From an uncultured Candidatus Saccharibacteria bacterium (GTDB lineage: Bacteria > Patescibacteriota > Minisyncoccia > Phycocordibacterales > SW-6-46-9): a stretch of 64,000 nucleotides of DNA. The stretch spans positions 55,560 through 119,559 of the forward strand of contig CAZHOI010000001.1 in NCBI GenBank assembly GCA_964534365.1. Direction: 5' to 3'. Position numbers and translations under genes: made by a program. Below the pieces are notes generated by a model. It did not search any database, was not told the origin of the DNA, and was given only the letters and a program-made list of their open reading frames with translations. This document shows, one piece after another, positions 50,655-59,328 of this stretch. Each line of letters opens with the position of its first letter. Positions within the stretch are counted from its first letter, which is position 1.

Positions 50655-52083
50655 CATTCCTAATCATCTCATAGAAAAGATTACTAATGACATCGCCGTT
50701 CGTCGTGAAATCACTAAAGACAGCCATCGGTACTTTATGGCGATTTATCTGCATGAATACATCAAGTATCCAAGTGCTTCATTTCACTCGGAAATGATTG
50801 AATTCACCGAGCGGACAGATGAAAAGCTGTTTGCAGTAGTGTCATTTCGAGGCTCTGCCAAATCAACCATCTTTTCACTGTCGTATCCAATTTGGGCTAT
50901 TCTCGGCAAACAACAGAAAAAGTTTGTGTTGATTATTTCTCGTACCCAAGTGCAAGCTCGACAATTGCTTCACAACATTAAGGTTGAACTAGAACGCAAC
51001 GATCTACTTAAACAAGACCTCGGACCATTTGAAGAACCACAAGATGAATGGCGCGCGGCTTCTATTGTGATACCGAAGTACGATGCTCGTATCATGGTGC
51101 TATCCGCTGATCAAAGTATGCGTGGACTGCGTCATAAGAGTCATCGTCCTGACCTTATTATCTGTGACGATATCGAAGATATCGCTTCAACCAAGACTCA
51201 AGATAATCGAGACAAGACATTCAATTGGTTTACCGGAGAAATCATCCCAGCTGGTGACTTGCATACAAAGATCATCTTGATTGGAAACCTTGTTCATGAC
51301 GACTCACTTATGGTGCGCCTACGTGAAAAAATTGAAAACAATGAAGTGTCAGGAGTGTTTAAAGCTTATCCGCTGATCAACAGTCACGGCGAGTGTTTGT
51401 GGCCAGAGAAATTTCCAGATGAAGCATCACTTGAAGCGTTACGAAAAGAGGTTATGAGCAAACAAGCATGGGAACGTGAGTATTTGCTCAAGATTATTCC
51501 AGACGATGAGCAGATCATAGATCCACTCTGGATTCGTACCTATCACGAGATACCAGCTGATATGAAGCGTCTTGGTGTATTTGTTGGCGTTGATCTAGCA
51601 ATTTCAGAGAAAACTACCGCTGATTATACCGCGATGGTTCCAGTACTAGCTTGTTCACGAAATAGTGAGTTGTATCTGTACGTCTTGCCTGAAATCGTAC
51701 ACGCTCGGATGAGTTTTCCAAAAACGTGTGAGCAGATACAGTATCTTGATCTCAAGCTTAACTCAAAATACAAAATGAATCCGGAGTTTATTATTGAGAA
51801 CGTGGCGTATCAAGATGCAGTGGTGCAGCACTTCGATAAAACATCGATTGATGTTGAGGGTGTGCGTCCGCTTGGTGACAAGCGAGAAAGACTGAACCTT
51901 GCTGCTACAGCTTTGAGTGATAAGCGAGTGTTCTTCCCGCATGAAGCTAGCGATAAACTCATTCAAGAGTTAGTCCACTTTGGCTCAGAAAAGCATGACG
52001 ACCTAGCAGATGCATTTTCGCTAGTGACACTAGAGGTGATGGTTAATAAGAAACCAGAGCGACCGGTAGTGTTTTTTGCGTAG
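50647..52083 (+). CDS. Phage terminase large subunit
   Basis: ATPase Walker A VVSFRGSAKST and Walker B DLIICDDIED, C-terminal RNase-H-like nuclease region (GVDLAISEKTTADYTA ... D residues); 478 aa. Confidence 0.8.
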   Translation: MTNIPNHLIEKITNDIAVRREITKDSHRYFMAIYLHEYIKYPSASFHSEMIEFTERTDEKLFAVVSFRGSAKSTIFSLSYPIWAILGKQQKKFVLIISRTQVQARQLLHNIKVELERNDLLKQDLGPFEEPQDEWRAASIVIPKYDARIMVLSADQSMRGLRHKSHRPDLIICDDIEDIASTKTQDNRDKTFNWFTGEIIPAGDLHTKIILIGNLVHDDSLMVRLREKIENNEVSGVFKAYPLINSHGECLWPEKFPDEASLEALRKEVMSKQAWEREYLLKIIPDDEQIIDPLWIRTYHEIPADMKRLGVFVGVDLAISEKTTADYTAMVPVLACSRNSELYLYVLPEIVHARMSFPKTCEQIQYLDLKLNSKYKMNPEFIIENVAYQDAVVQHFDKTSIDVEGVRPLGDKRERLNLAATALSDKRVFFPHEASDKLIQELVHFGSEKHDDLADAFSLVTLEVMVNKKPERPVVFFA

Positions 52084-52151
52084 CGAGTATGTGACGCTTT
52101 TAATACCCTGCATAGCTATGCAGGGTATTTTGGTCTGTCATTAATATAGAT

Positions 52152-53447
52152 ATGGAAGGAGATATATCTCTATCAGAAGCAAGAGTCAGATACTGTCTAT
52201 ACGCTAGAAAATCGACCGAATCAGACGAACAACAGGCGCTGTCGATAGATTCCCAGATTAAAGAAATGCAGGCCATTGCAGAGCGCTTGAAACTCAATGT
52301 GGTGGATGTGAAGCGTGAGTCACACTCTGCTAAAGAGTCTGGCAAGCGACCAGTCTTTAAAGAGTTGCTCGGAGATATCGCAAACGAAAAATACAACGGT
52401 ATTCTCACCTGGGCACCAGATCGTCTGTCTCGAAACGCTGGTGACCTTGGTACTGTGGTTGACCTCATGGACGCAGGGAAACTGATTCATATTCAAACGT
52501 ATGGACAAACCTTCTCAAACTCACCAAACGAGAAGTTCTTACTGATGATTTTGTGCTCCCAAGCCAAGCTCGAAAACGACAACAAGAGCATTAATGTGAA
52601 GCGTGGTATGCGAGCTAGGGTTGAAATGGGCCTATGGCCCTGCAAGCCACCGACTGGCTATACTAGATTTAAACGCATTGACCAGAAGTGCGAAGCAATC
52701 CTTGATCCTGAACGCGCACCAATGATTAAACAAATGTTTGAGAAGATAGGCTATGATGGCTGGACAGGAAGAAAGCTACACTTATGGCTGAGAGATGAGA
52801 TTGATTTTAGAACTGAAAACGGCAAACATCTTTGCCTCGGCAACCTCTATCGCATAATCCAAAACCACTTTTACTACGGCAGATTTGAGTATCCCAAGAA
52901 TTCTGGCAACTGGTATGACGGTGTCCATGAACCAATCATCACCAAGGAGCTGTTTAATATCGTGCAAGAACAGATCAAAAGCCAAATCCTCGAACCACGT
53001 TCAGCCCAAAAAGAGTTCGCTTTCACTAAAACCATGACCTGCGGTCTCTGTGGCTCAGGCATTACCGCTGATGAGAAGTTTAAAAAGCAAAAGAATGGCA
53101 ATATCCACCGCTACGTTTACTACAAATGTACCCGCACCCGCGATCCTCACTGTGACTGTGGGTTTATCAATGAAAATGACCTGATAACCCAACTACAAGC
53201 CCTCTTGGATGATATAGATATCAAAGTGGTACCGATGCGAGACAAGATCACCAACGAAGTTCGCCGCTACAAGCAATTTCAGCAGATGCTCTTAGGAAAT
53301 GAGACCAAGATTTCGGTCAAAGATATTGATATCCGCAATTACTGTAAGTTTATCTTGCAAGAAGGAGACCTAGAAGAAAAGCGTGATTTTCTTAGATGTT
53401 TGAAGAGTAACGTCTATCTAAACAAAAAAGTAATCAAACTTCAGTAG
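52152..53447 (+). CDS. Large serine recombinase (integrase)
   Basis: Resolvase catalytic domain YARKSTESDEQQALSIDSQ with the nucleophile Ser, recombinase domain, C-terminal zinc ribbon CGLCGSG...YYKCTRTRDPHCDC; 431 aa. Confidence 0.85.
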   Translation: MEGDISLSEARVRYCLYARKSTESDEQQALSIDSQIKEMQAIAERLKLNVVDVKRESHSAKESGKRPVFKELLGDIANEKYNGILTWAPDRLSRNAGDLGTVVDLMDAGKLIHIQTYGQTFSNSPNEKFLLMILCSQAKLENDNKSINVKRGMRARVEMGLWPCKPPTGYTRFKRIDQKCEAILDPERAPMIKQMFEKIGYDGWTGRKLHLWLRDEIDFRTENGKHLCLGNLYRIIQNHFYYGRFEYPKNSGNWYDGVHEPIITKELFNIVQEQIKSQILEPRSAQKEFAFTKTMTCGLCGSGITADEKFKKQKNGNIHRYVYYKCTRTRDPHCDCGFINENDLITQLQALLDDIDIKVVPMRDKITNEVRRYKQFQQMLLGNETKISVKDIDIRNYCKFILQEGDLEEKRDFLRCLKSNVYLNKKVIKLQ

Positions 53448-53482
53448 TTGCGACAAAGAGTAAGTATGATATATTCAACTAT

Positions 53483-53806
53483 ATGGTTGAACAAAGTATT
53501 AATTTAGACACTGTCTTTCAGGCTCTCGCCGACCAAACACGGCGGGATATCTTAAAGCGGGTGTCACAAGCCGAGCTTTCCATAAGCAAGCTCGCTGAAC
53601 CATACAAAATGTCCTTTGCAGCAATTGCTAAACATGTGGGTGTGCTCGAGCGTGCCAATTTGGTTGCTAAACGTCGTGAAGGCAAACAACAAATTATCAG
53701 TGTTGTGCCAAAGACCGTTGCCGTCGCCACGACCCATCTTGAGTTGTATGAAAAGATGTGGAATGAACGCTTCAATGCATTGGAGGTACTCCTTAATGAA
53801 AAATAA
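53483..53806 (+). CDS. ArsR-family transcriptional regulator
   Basis: ALADQTRRDILKRVSQAELSISKLAEPYKMSFAAIAKHVGVLERANLV = ArsR/SmtB winged HTH; 107 aa. Confidence 0.85.
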   Translation: MVEQSINLDTVFQALADQTRRDILKRVSQAELSISKLAEPYKMSFAAIAKHVGVLERANLVAKRREGKQQIISVVPKTVAVATTHLELYEKMWNERFNALEVLLNEK

Positions 53807-54251
53807 TATGAAAACACTTACCTATTCAATTCAAATCAACAAACCACAAGAGTTTGTTTTTAATAAGCTTATAGACAAGTCTGTATATCCAGGCTGGTCC
53901 AAAGCCTGGGGTGAAGGAATGATTTACGATGGTGACTGGAAAGAGGGCGGTCACATTTCCTTTTTTGATAAAGAAAGAGGCGGTACGAAGGTAGTGATAG
54001 AAGAATATAAACCATACCAGTGTATCAAAACCAAGCACATAGCGATGGTCAATCCTCAAAACGAAGAAATATCTCTAACTGACGATATGATGAAGAAATG
54101 GATGGGTACGCGAGAGGATTACTATTTTATAGCCAACGACGATAGAACCACCACATTTGAAGTCATTATGGTTACCGATGAGGCTTTTGAAGAGATGATG
54201 AATGCGTGGTCACAAGCGCTCGTGTATTTCAAAGAAATTTGTGAAGCCTAA
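53796..54251 (+). CDS. SRPBCC (AHSA1/Aha1-like) domain protein
   Basis: Track ORF 53616..54251 overlaps arsR; the in-frame Met at 53796 (MKNNMKTLTYSIQINKPQEFVFNKL...) gives a ~151-aa SRPBCC-sized protein. Confidence 0.6.
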   Translation: MKNNMKTLTYSIQINKPQEFVFNKLIDKSVYPGWSKAWGEGMIYDGDWKEGGHISFFDKERGGTKVVIEEYKPYQCIKTKHIAMVNPQNEEISLTDDMMKKWMGTREDYYFIANDDRTTTFEVIMVTDEAFEEMMNAWSQALVYFKEICEA

Positions 54252-54289
54252 AGTAAAAATTATTAAACCCTAAGTTAAGTACAAAATAT

Positions 54290-54766
54290 ATGGCAACACT
54301 AAAAGTAACTGCTCCAGAACACTCACAAGACATTATTGGTGAGGTCGAAATTAACGCCCCTTTAGAGAAAGTATTTGAAGCCTTTATTAACAAAGATTTA
54401 TTCATTAAATGGTTTTGTCGTGGCAACACTGTCACAGTTAACCAGTTTGAAGGTAAGGACGGTGGCACGTGGGATATTGCTGAGCGAGACCCTGAAGGAA
54501 ATGAATGGGGCTTCTACGGTGTTTTTCACGAAATTGCTCCAAGTGAACGAATCATTTGGACGTTTGAGTTTATGGGTATACAAGAGCGAGGTCATGTCTC
54601 ACTCGAACGTATGGAGTTCACCGACGCCGGTGACGGCACGACTAAAATGAAAAGTATTTCTACCTTCCTCACCAAAGAAGACCGTGATGGCATGGTCGCC
54701 AGTGGTATGGAGGCTGGCTGGCGACAGTCAATTGAAGCCTTAGAAGAGGTGGTAAATGAGAAATAA
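54290..54766 (+). CDS. SRPBCC (AHSA1-like) domain protein
   Basis: INAPLEKVFEAFINKDLFIKWF... typical Aha1/SRPBCC start; 158 aa. Confidence 0.65.
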   Translation: MATLKVTAPEHSQDIIGEVEINAPLEKVFEAFINKDLFIKWFCRGNTVTVNQFEGKDGGTWDIAERDPEGNEWGFYGVFHEIAPSERIIWTFEFMGIQERGHVSLERMEFTDAGDGTTKMKSISTFLTKEDRDGMVASGMEAGWRQSIEALEEVVNEK

Positions 54767-55244
54767 TAAATCTATGAAAAAACTAACTATCGAACGAACC
54801 TTTAATCATCCAATTGAAAAAGTCTGGGCAGCCTGGACAACTCCTGAGCTACTAGCACAGTGGTTCACCCCAACCGGAATGACCAATACGCTTGCTACCG
54901 CTGACGTGGAAGTCGGCGGCCTCTTTCGGTACTGCTTTAAGAGCGTTGAAGATGGGAAAGAGTACTATGGTCGTGGACGTTACCACACCATCACACCGAT
55001 GACGCGCCTCTCATACTACGACTCATTTACTGATGAGACCGGTGCTGACGTGCCAGCTTCACATTATGGAGCGGGTAGCGACCAGATTGAAGAGACGTTG
55101 GTAGATATTAGGTTTGAAGATTTAGGTGAACAAACTAAGATGACGATTGAGATGGAAAATCCATATGCTGACAACCCAGAAATGGCTGCACAAATGATGG
55201 CTGGCTGGAACAGTATGTTTGATAAGCTTGCAAACCTTCAATAA
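54756..55244 (+). CDS. SRPBCC (AHSA1-like) domain protein
   Basis: ERTFNHPIEKVWAAWTTPELLAQWF; 162 aa. Confidence 0.65.
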   Translation: MRNNKSMKKLTIERTFNHPIEKVWAAWTTPELLAQWFTPTGMTNTLATADVEVGGLFRYCFKSVEDGKEYYGRGRYHTITPMTRLSYYDSFTDETGADVPASHYGAGSDQIEETLVDIRFEDLGEQTKMTIEMENPYADNPEMAAQMMAGWNSMFDKLANLQ

Positions 55245-55743
55245 TATGTTTTTGTTCGGGAAAGAAAAAACTCTGCAATTTGAAAGAGAGTTTAATGCTC
55301 CAGTTGAAAAGGTCTGGGATGCCTTTACTATCCCGACAATCCTAACACAGTGGTGGGGACCAGAAGGAACGACGATTCCAGAGTGCGAGATGGATGTAAA
55401 AGTTGGAGGTAAAATTAGAATTGTAATGGAAGCTGGTAAAAGTATGGGTTCGTATGCTGGTACCCGCTGGCCACTTGAGGGTCACTTCACGTTAGTAAAG
55501 CAACATGAACAATTACAATATGAAGCACTCGCTTGGACTGAAGGAAGGAAAGACACTACTACGATAGATCAAATAAATGATGTAACTCTTACAATAAATG
55601 GCGAAAAAACTAATATGGTTTTCATTGTCACTATTAAGAAGACGGGTATTAAAGCCAGTATGGCAGCTTTTGGTATGAAAATGGGGTATGCATCGCAATT
55701 CAAGAAATTAGAGCAATTATTTAATGCAGACAATAATCAATAA
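55219..55743 (+). CDS. SRPBCC (AHSA1-like) domain protein
   Basis: EREFNAPVEKVWDAFTIPTILTQWW; 174 aa (start possibly at internal Met). Confidence 0.65.
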   Translation: MISLQTFNNMFLFGKEKTLQFEREFNAPVEKVWDAFTIPTILTQWWGPEGTTIPECEMDVKVGGKIRIVMEAGKSMGSYAGTRWPLEGHFTLVKQHEQLQYEALAWTEGRKDTTTIDQINDVTLTINGEKTNMVFIVTIKKTGIKASMAAFGMKMGYASQFKKLEQLFNADNNQ

Positions 55744-55746
55744 TAT

Positions 55747-56103
55747 ATGAAAATTACTACAAAAATTATTCAGATACTTCTTGCGCTGTGGTTTATAGCT
55801 GGAGCGATGTATATGATGGGAAATTTCGAGTTCTTAGCCAGTGAAGCCGCCAGTACCTGGTCACAGTTGTTTTGGGTAACGCTTGGTGTGGTTCAAATAT
55901 TACTCGCACTCACTTTACTAATTGGAGCATTTTGGAAGAAAGCGCAGTCGTATGTTCCTGTGGTTGGACTGGGACTGATAATCATTACGCTTGGTGGATT
56001 ATATTGGTACAGTGCGTATAAAGGCTTTTCAGGGTCACTCTGGGCAATAGTTCCAGCCTTACTACTAGGTTGGGTAGTATACTTTTATAAAGCTAAATCA
56101 TAA
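55747..56103 (+). CDS. DoxX-like membrane protein
   Basis: Four hydrophobic helices, 118 aa, typical DoxX size and pattern. Confidence 0.55.
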   Translation: MKITTKIIQILLALWFIAGAMYMMGNFEFLASEAASTWSQLFWVTLGVVQILLALTLLIGAFWKKAQSYVPVVGLGLIIITLGGLYWYSAYKGFSGSLWAIVPALLLGWVVYFYKAKS

Positions 56104-56390
56104 TGACAAAGACAATCACTAAAACCACCGCCTATCACGACGTTCCAAAAACTGTGTTAGCTGTACTGAAGAAAGATATGCAGCTCACTGAGATTTGGAA
56201 CGGTTTGACCGATATCCAACGCAACGAGTGGTGTTGTTACGCTGAGACTGGCAAGAAAGAAGAAACTCGAGCAGAACACCTCCGCCGGTTTGAGAGCGAC
56301 ATGAAAGCCGGTAAAAAGACGCCATGTTGTTGGCCTGGTTGTCCACATCGCAGGCCGAAAGCCGCTAAGTGGTTTGGTACTAAAAAATAA
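56103..56390 (+). CDS. YdeI/OmpD-associated family protein
   Basis: LTDIQRNEWCCYAETGKKEETRAEHLRRFESDMKAGKK resembles the YdeI-family conserved core; 95 aa. Confidence 0.55.
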   Translation: MTKTITKTTAYHDVPKTVLAVLKKDMQLTEIWNGLTDIQRNEWCCYAETGKKEETRAEHLRRFESDMKAGKKTPCCWPGCPHRRPKAAKWFGTKK

Positions 56391-56392
56391 CT

Positions 56393-56758
56393 ATGACAAA
56401 TCACAATGTAAAGACTGTAAATGAGTTTATAAAAGAATCTGCAAAAGATGCACGACCTCACCTCAAAGAGCTTCAAGCGCTAATACAAGCAACAGTGAAG
56501 GGTGTTGAAGAGACAATTAGTTATGGTAAGCCTTACTACAAACTAAACGGTCATTTGGTTGGTTTTGATGCCTATAAGCAACATATTGGTTTTGAAATAT
56601 ATGAAGGTCAACTCGATGAGGAACATAGGTCTAAACTCGAAGAGAAAGGGTATAAAACCGGGAGCAAAGGATTTCAGATAAGTTTTGATCAAAAGGTGCC
56701 AGTTGCTATAGTAAAGAAAGTCGTTAAGCGTCAGGTCTCTGTAAATAAAAACAAATAA
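56393..56758 (+). CDS. DUF1801 (YdhG-like) domain protein
   Basis: VNEFIKESAKDARPHLKELQALIQATVKGVEETISYGKPYYKLNGHLVGFDAYKQHIGF pattern of DUF1801; 121 aa. Confidence 0.6.
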   Translation: MTNHNVKTVNEFIKESAKDARPHLKELQALIQATVKGVEETISYGKPYYKLNGHLVGFDAYKQHIGFEIYEGQLDEEHRSKLEEKGYKTGSKGFQISFDQKVPVAIVKKVVKRQVSVNKNK

Positions 56759-56777
56759 CAACATTTTCACCCAACAC

Positions 56778-56808
56778 AAAAAACAGCCTCAAGTGAGGCT
56801 GTTTTTTG
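56778..56808 (+). terminator. Rho-independent terminator ending the island operon
   Basis: aaaaa-cagcctca-agtg-aggctg-tttttt. Confidence 0.75.
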
Positions 56809-56865
56809 TGTTGTTTGAGCTAGTGTTTTTGAGTCTAATTACGACCCATAAACAGCTAGCTGTCA

Positions 56866-56940
56866 ATGGTGACCCTACGGGGAATCGAACCCCGGTTTTC
56901 GCCGTGAGAGGGCGATGTCCTAGCCGCTAGACGATAGGGC
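56866..56940 (-). tRNA. tRNA-Glu (anticodon CTC), with encoded CCA
   Basis: Reverse complement GGCCCTATCGTCTAGCGGCTAGGACATCGCCCTCTCACGGCGAAAACCGGGGTTCGATTCCCCGTAGGGTCACCA. Anticodon stem TCGCC/GGCGA, loop CT-CTC-AC, T-loop GGTTCGATTCC. Confidence 0.85.
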
Positions 56941-57080
56941 CGTCTTTTATCATAAATAATTTTAGAAAATTATTTATTTTGGGCATAGATTTGCCACCAA
57001 ATCTATTAGCCTTGTGTAGAAATTTTAGTTTACCAAAGTATAAATATCAAATATTAAACACTGAAAGTTTGTGGCAATAC

Positions 57081-57122
57081 CAAATACCAAATACCAAATA
57101 CCAAATACCAAATACCAAATAC
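57081..57122. repeat. Heptanucleotide microsatellite (CAAATAC)6 with degenerate flanking copies
   Basis: caaatac repeated six times exactly, preceded by caatac and followed by caataaa. Intergenic between tRNA-Glu and the ftsI stop. Confidence 0.9.
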
Positions 57123-57136
57123 CAAATACCAATAAA

Positions 57137-58882
57137 TTATCGATCTGGTTCGATGTTTTGATAATTAATCATAAATTTGGTTAATGACATAAACGGGTCG
57201 GTCAGAGTTTCGGACGCATATCGGGCACCTACTGGTTCTTCGTTCATTAAAAATACTACATATTTAGGTTGATAGGCTGGAAAATAACCAAAGAACGTGT
57301 GTAAATAGGCGTCTTCGCGATACGATCCGGTTGAATTGGCAATCTGAGCCGTTCCGGTTTTTGCTGCAATCGAATAATTACGCAATGACTCATCACCATT
57401 ACGCAATGCTTCATCCACTACCTTTACCAGCATATCGGTAGTGGTATTGGCAGCCTCGGCCGAAATAACTTGCACTTGATTTTGTCGCCGGGAATCTGAC
57501 CAGGTCCCTAATTCGTGCTGGACCCGCTCGACAATATAAGGTTGGGTTAATTTACCTTGATTGGCCAATATTCCTAGTGCGCGCGTTACTGCAATGGGCG
57601 ATACAGCAAATCCCTGGCCAAATGATGCGGTCACATATTCAATTTGACGCGGGGATGATAGCAATGAATTAGTCAGCGGTATTGCCTCGTTTGGTAATTC
57701 AATATTGGTCAGTTGATCTAATTGTGATTTAATAAAATAATCTTTGAAACTATCACTACCCATTTTAGTTAATAAAAATGCTGTGCCGACGTTCAGCGAT
57801 TGACTCAAAATTTCTTGCACCGCAACATTACCTCTGGCTCTACCATCGAAATTTGAAATGGTTGATTTATCAACCGTTAATTTTCCCGTATCCTCATAAT
57901 GGGTATTTTTTGTCACGACCCCTTTATCCAGCGCATATGCCATCGTCAGAGGCTTGATAATTGACCCCATTTCATAGACATTCTCGACCAGTGGATTTAC
58001 ATACACTGATGAATCAGAAACGTTGCCAAAATTATTTAGGTCAAATTTAGGGGTTGAGGCCATCGCGACAATTGCACCGGTACTGGCTTCCATCACAATT
58101 CCAGCACTACTCTTTGTAGACCAATAATTAGATGTTTGTTGAATTATCTTTTCCAACTCCGCTTGGGCTGATCGGTCAATGGTCAGATATAGATCTGACG
58201 CCAAACTGTCAGCCACTGCGTCTTTGGCTGTCATAAAGGCTTCGGCAAAAAAGTTAGTGAAAATTGAAGTTTCGCCGCGACTAAGGCTGCTTTCAAATTC
58301 TCGCTCTAGACCATAAGTTCCCACAATTTCGTCATCACTATTATAGGAAGTAAACCCAATTACGTGGGCCAGCAGATCATCGGCCGGGTAATTTCGCCAA
58401 CGCTGAGCATATACCTGGAGCCCAGCTATGCCTAGATCCTGAATCTCAATTGCTGCTGATTCAGGTAGATGCTGCAACACTTCTTCATAAGTGTCTTCCG
58501 AATCAGATATTTTATCTTTGAATCTTTCACTAAATCTAGCAAAATCTAGTTTTTGTTTCGTACCTTTGTCCAGAGCTTGGTAAATTAATTCAATATCAGA
58601 ATCAGTAATATTATTATTCAAAATACTGGGATTAACAATCAGCACATAACCTGAAGCCACATTAGCTACCGGAAAGGATTGATTGTTGCGATCGGTTACA
58701 TAAATTGAGCCCCGATCATATTCCACTACACTGGTTCGCACATATTGTGATCCGGCTTGATGGCGCAATTCGTCTCCATTTACAATTTGTACCTGATACA
58801 GCCGATAACTAATTAAAATTAAGCAGATGCTGAATACGGTAGCTAGTAATTTTATTCTTCTAGCCGACTCTCGCCTAGTCAT
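57137..58882 (-). CDS. ftsI: Penicillin-binding protein 2/3-type transpeptidase
   Basis: N-terminal TM, dimerisation domain, transpeptidase motifs (SIIKP = SxxK, SLN = SxN, KTGTA = KTG); 581 aa. dcw-cluster context. Confidence 0.85.
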   Translation of the reverse strand: MTRRESARRIKLLATVFSICLILISYRLYQVQIVNGDELRHQAGSQYVRTSVVEYDRGSIYVTDRNNQSFPVANVASGYVLIVNPSILNNNITDSDIELIYQALDKGTKQKLDFARFSERFKDKISDSEDTYEEVLQHLPESAAIEIQDLGIAGLQVYAQRWRNYPADDLLAHVIGFTSYNSDDEIVGTYGLEREFESSLSRGETSIFTNFFAEAFMTAKDAVADSLASDLYLTIDRSAQAELEKIIQQTSNYWSTKSSAGIVMEASTGAIVAMASTPKFDLNNFGNVSDSSVYVNPLVENVYEMGSIIKPLTMAYALDKGVVTKNTHYEDTGKLTVDKSTISNFDGRARGNVAVQEILSQSLNVGTAFLLTKMGSDSFKDYFIKSQLDQLTNIELPNEAIPLTNSLLSSPRQIEYVTASFGQGFAVSPIAVTRALGILANQGKLTQPYIVERVQHELGTWSDSRRQNQVQVISAEAANTTTDMLVKVVDEALRNGDESLRNYSIAAKTGTAQIANSTGSYREDAYLHTFFGYFPAYQPKYVVFLMNEEPVGARYASETLTDPFMSLTKFMINYQNIEPDR

Positions 58883-59325
58883 TAGTCGGTTTGATAACTA
58901 AGTACGGTGCTAACATCACGCGATACAAATCCAGTCGGTTCGGTTTCCTGCAGGGTTTGACCTTGGTACTGCCCAACACTGTTGCGTAATTGTTCTTCGA
59001 TATTGGTAATTCTGGTGGTTACTGACGATAGTTTATTGTTAGCTTGAATCAGATCACTTTCCAGCTGTGAATACTCGGCCGTGACCGAAACCGTTTTATT
59101 AACTAAAAATCCATAGGTAAAAGCTAACATCAACACCATAGCGACTGATAATTTCAGATAAAAATTAAACTTTTTGGGTATAGCCAAATTAATTGCATGA
59201 TAGCCTTGAACCCAGTTTCTAGATAACCACTGACTATAATTATTGGCCAAATAACTGGCCTGCGCCGACGTCCTGGTCCGGGGCTGTCGTGATGTTCTAG
59301 AAACTGTTTTCAAATTTTTGTTCAT
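58882..59325 (-). CDS. ftsL: Cell-division protein FtsL-like (septum formation initiator family)
   Basis: Single TM plus coiled coil; position between rsmH and ftsI; 147 aa. Confidence 0.55.
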   Translation of the reverse strand: MNKNLKTVSRTSRQPRTRTSAQASYLANNYSQWLSRNWVQGYHAINLAIPKKFNFYLKLSVAMVLMLAFTYGFLVNKTVSVTAEYSQLESDLIQANNKLSSVTTRITNIEEQLRNSVGQYQGQTLQETEPTGFVSRDVSTVLSYQTD

Positions 59326-59328
59326 TTT

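Larger units (their letters stand above)
43915..56865. mobile_element. About 13 kb integrative element inserted at the 3' end of tRNA-Glu(CTC)
   Basis: Bounded by 21-bp direct repeats (43894-43914 and 56866-56886). Encodes a large serine recombinase, terminase small and large subunits, a ParB-methyltransferase, a STAND NTPase-nuclease, and an ArsR/SRPBCC/DoxX/DUF1801 cargo module. Confidence 0.75.

Noticed and set aside
53616-54251. 211-aa ORF as annotated in the track
   Set aside because: Its first ~60 codons overlap the ArsR gene in another frame. The in-frame Met at 53796 gives a normal-sized SRPBCC protein, so the long form was rejected.
57081-57122. Possible CRISPR array
   Set aside because: The 7-nt units are contiguous with no spacers and no cas genes nearby, so this is a microsatellite and not a CRISPR array. 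No CRISPR-like repeat-spacer structure was seen anywhere in the window.
56979-57161. 60-aa ORF ...YQIPNTKYQIPNTKYQIP...
   Set aside because: It is simply the translation of the (CAAATAC)n microsatellite and is not a gene.
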